From: Macrostomum lignano
Lineage: Eukaryota
Length of the DNA stretch: 64,000 nt
Direction: 5' to 3'
NCBI GenBank assembly: GCA_002269645.1
Contig: NIVC01001892.1
Location: forward strand, 1-64,000
The notes beneath the pieces were generated by a model, which worked only from the letters and a program-made list of their open reading frames with translations, did not search any database and was not told the origin of the DNA. Shown in pieces: positions 60,974 to 64,000 of the stretch. Each line of letters begins with the position of its first letter. Position 1 is the stretch's first letter. A program made the translations under genes and the position numbers.

Positions 60974-61944
60974 GGCTGCTCAGGTTTGTTTAGCAGTGAG
61001 TTGCTACTCCGAGACGCATGCGGCAAAGAAATATTGCTTTTCTTAGAGGCAGAGACCATCAGAGTCGCCTGGTTGGCTGGCTGGAACCCAGCCACAGCTT
61101 GCACTTTGTAAACTCTGCAGCCTACAGCAAATCCCTTGCAGGAGCTTCCGGCAATTCTTTCTGGTTGCCAGTTCCGCTGAAGCTGGAGCTGTGCGGCGAT
61201 GGGGGCCGCCTGTTGTCACAGCAGCGGCTGGCAACAAAGCCCGCACTTTTATATAGAAAATATGAGTTCGAATCCGTTATGTCACAAGTGAAGGTTTGAA
61301 GGGGTGAGAGAACAACAGGGGCACCTGAGGCACTGAGAGGACAGTAGGGACACCTTAGGGACACTGATGATGTGGGAAAGCTTAGTTCTATCCCTAACCT
61401 GTAACCAGCTTCCGCATCTACACACGGGCAGCCGGTGACAAAAACTGCTCAAGCAAGACTGCGCAGGGCCTGAGGTGTCTGTAGGCTTGGTTGGGGGACC
61501 TCTAGTCTTAAAAAAACTTTTCTGGCCTTGAAGGTCGCTGTGGAGGTTGAAGAGGTGGAAAACTTCCTATTTTGGTGAGTACTCAAGCGGCAACGGTTGC
61601 TGGGGAAGCGAGAAGGCGGGGATTAAAAGAATAAGCTTAGCGACTTCGTGAGCTGGGTAGTGCAGCGAGGATGAGGGGGATGGGGATGATCGATTGGCCA
61701 TAGTAGTTGGAGGGGGGTGCTGGGCGGGGGTAGCCGAGATGAGGCTGCGCAGACTCTTGTCTCGGTTTCTCATTGTTGGCTCAGCTGAGCAGCCTGCGGT
61801 CGGTCTGCTTTGTTCAATGCGGTTGATGGGGGGGGGGCTGCAGCACTGCGAGGACTGAGAGTCAGCGCTGACTGCTGGACTCTGCTGCAACTGCTCTGGG
61901 GCTTCCTGTGGGTAGGGGCACCAGGACCACGGCTACTTGGGCAG

Positions 61945-63145
61945 AGACAGACAGGGATAGACAGGTAGGCTGAGACAGGCAGGCTGAGACAGACAGGGAT
62001 AGACAGGTAGGCTGAGACAGGCAGGCTGAGACAGACAGGGATAGACAGTAGGCTGAGACAGGCAGGCTGAGACAGACAGGGATAGACAACAGGCTGAGAC
62101 AGACAGGAATAGACAGCAGGCTGAGACAGACAGGGATAGACAACAGGCTGAGACAGACAGGAATAGACATCAGGCTGAGACAGACAGGAATAGACAGCAG
62201 GCTGAGACAGACAGGGATAGACAGCAGGCTGAGACAGACAGGGATAGACAGCAGGCTGAGACAGACAGGGATAGACAGCAGGCTGAGACAGACAGGCTGA
62301 CAGCAGGTTGAGATAGGCGGGCTGAGACAGACAGGGATAGACAGCAAGCTGAGACAGGCAGGCTGAGACAGACAGGGATAGACAGCAAGCTGAGACAGAC
62401 AGGCTGAGACAGACAGGGATAGACAGCAGGCTGAGACAGACAGGGATAGACAGCAGGCTGAGACAGACAGGGATAGACAGCAGGCTGAGACAGACAGGGA
62501 TAGACAGCAGGCTGAGACAGACAGGGATAGACAGCAGGCTGAGACAGACAGGGATAGACAGCAGGTTGAGACAGGCGGGCTGACAGCAGGCTGAGACAGG
62601 CAGGCTGAAACAGGTAGGCTGAGACAGCAGGCTGAGACAGACAGGGATAGACAGCAGGCTGAGACAGACAGGGATAGACATCAGGCTGAGACAGACAGGA
62701 ATAGACAGCAGACTGAGACAGGCAGGGATAGACAGCAGGCTGAGACAGGCAGGGATAGACAGCAGGCTGAGACAGGCAGGGATAGACAGCAGGCTGAGAC
62801 AGACAGGGATAGACAGCAGGCTGAGACAGACAGGGATAGACAGCAGGCTGAGACAGACAGGGATAGACAGCAGGTTGAGATAGGCGGGCTGAGACAGACA
62901 GGGATAGACAGCAGGCTGAGACAGGCAGGGATAGACAGCAGGCTGAGACAGACAGGGATAGACAGCAGGCTGAGACAGACAGGGATAGACAGCAGGCTGA
63001 GACAGACAGGGATAGACAGCAGGTTGAGATAGGCGGGCTGAGACAGACAGGGATAGACAGCAGGCTGAGACAGGCGGGCTGAGACAGGTAGGCTGAGACA
63101 GGTAGGCTGAGACAGGCAGGCTGAGACAGACAGGGACAGATACAG
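61945..63145. repeat. 27-bp minisatellite (gagacagacagggatagacagcaggct) with shorter sub-units
   Basis: Direct reading. Confidence 0.95.
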
Positions 63146-63589
63146 TCAATCAAATCCGTAATATTTGAGCTGCCTCACTGACAATCTGGACCAGCTCAAC
63201 CCTAATCACGCACTGAAAGAGGATGTTTTGCGTTGCCAGACACGAGTATTTAACAAGTGGGTGGCATCTCCCAGATAGAAAGGACGCTGGATATTTTCAA
63301 CACTTTCAAAAATTTTAAGGGTTACAGCGCGCGCGGGTACAAGTGCGAAAAAAAGAAATTATTTGGATATGCAGGAGTACTGAGACAGCTTTGAAAGGCA
63401 CGCTAATAGCGATTTGAGTAGCTCCGAATAAGGGACTGTCAATCAAGTTTTTTGTTTGTAAAAATTAATCAATACAACAAGGATATTCAACATTAACTGC
63501 GAGCGTACATGTAATGAAGAAAGAAATCATCCGTTTATGTACTTTCCTCTTGCGGGCGAAGTCTAATCTAATGCTAGAGAGTTCAGTGC

Positions 63590-63910
63590 CGAGTGCCCAA
63601 CTCGGATGCTCAACACAAAGTCTTCAACCCACAGTGCTCAGATCTGAGTGCTCAAAACGGAGTGCTCAACCCAGAGTGACCAACCCGTAGTGTTCAACCT
63701 AGAGTGTTTAGCTCGGAGTGCTCAACCTGGAGTATTCTGCCTAGAGTGCTCAATCCGTAGTGCTCAACCCGGAGTGCTCAACCCGGAGTGCTCAACCAAG
63801 AGTGCTCAACCCGGAGTGCTCAACCCGGTGTGCTCAACCCGGTGTGCTCATCCCAGAGTGCTCAACTCAACCGGCAGTGTCCAACCAGGAGTGCTCAAGC
63901 CGAAGTGCTC
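63590..63910. repeat. Degenerate 14-bp tandem repeat (tgctcaacccggag)
   Basis: Clearest at 63770-63850. Confidence 0.85.
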
Positions 63911-64000
63911 ATCTCGCGAAGCCGGTGCTCAGCGGTCTGGGACGCAACAGTCGTTGGGGCGATGTGGCCGCTCAGGCAGGGCAGCTGCCTGCGGCACAAG

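Noticed and set aside
61567-61890. 107-aa minus-strand ORF
   Set aside because: Low-complexity Ser/Pro-rich with no recognised motif or clear splice partner; cannot be supported.

Overview
Eukaryotic (animal) genomic DNA, not prokaryotic: GC-rich exons with GT-AG introns, and most long introns are largely filled by a private minisatellite. The style resembles a repeat-rich flatworm such as Macrostomum, but this is inference and unverified. Genes rebuilt with phase-consistent splicing: last exon of ALG8; a tandem-RWD + RING-H2 protein (3 exons); MDC1 (FHA...tandem BRCT, one 3.9-kb exon, start not located); a GT31 beta-1,3-galactosyltransferase (2 exons); a secreted PAN-PAN-fibrinogen protein (4 exons); an IP3 3-kinase (4 exons). 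Less certain: a minus-strand PAN + ALK/LTK-type glycine-rich-domain gene broken up by arrays, and two unassigned exons. Mobile DNA: a full-length 5.4-kb LOA-like non-LTR retrotransposon (ORF1; APE-RT-RNase H-CCHC) inserted inside a 32-bp minisatellite with a TSD, a (GTAA)n tail, a TAATG stop-start overlap and one homopolymer frameshift. Also three tRNA-derived SINEs with a CORE-like centre, three partial copies of a TIR element carrying a 21-bp minisatellite, and a 1.6-kb foldback inside a strongly CpG-depleted block. Most long ORFs in the supplied track are artefacts of tandem repeats. No CRISPR, rRNA or true tRNA gene was found.
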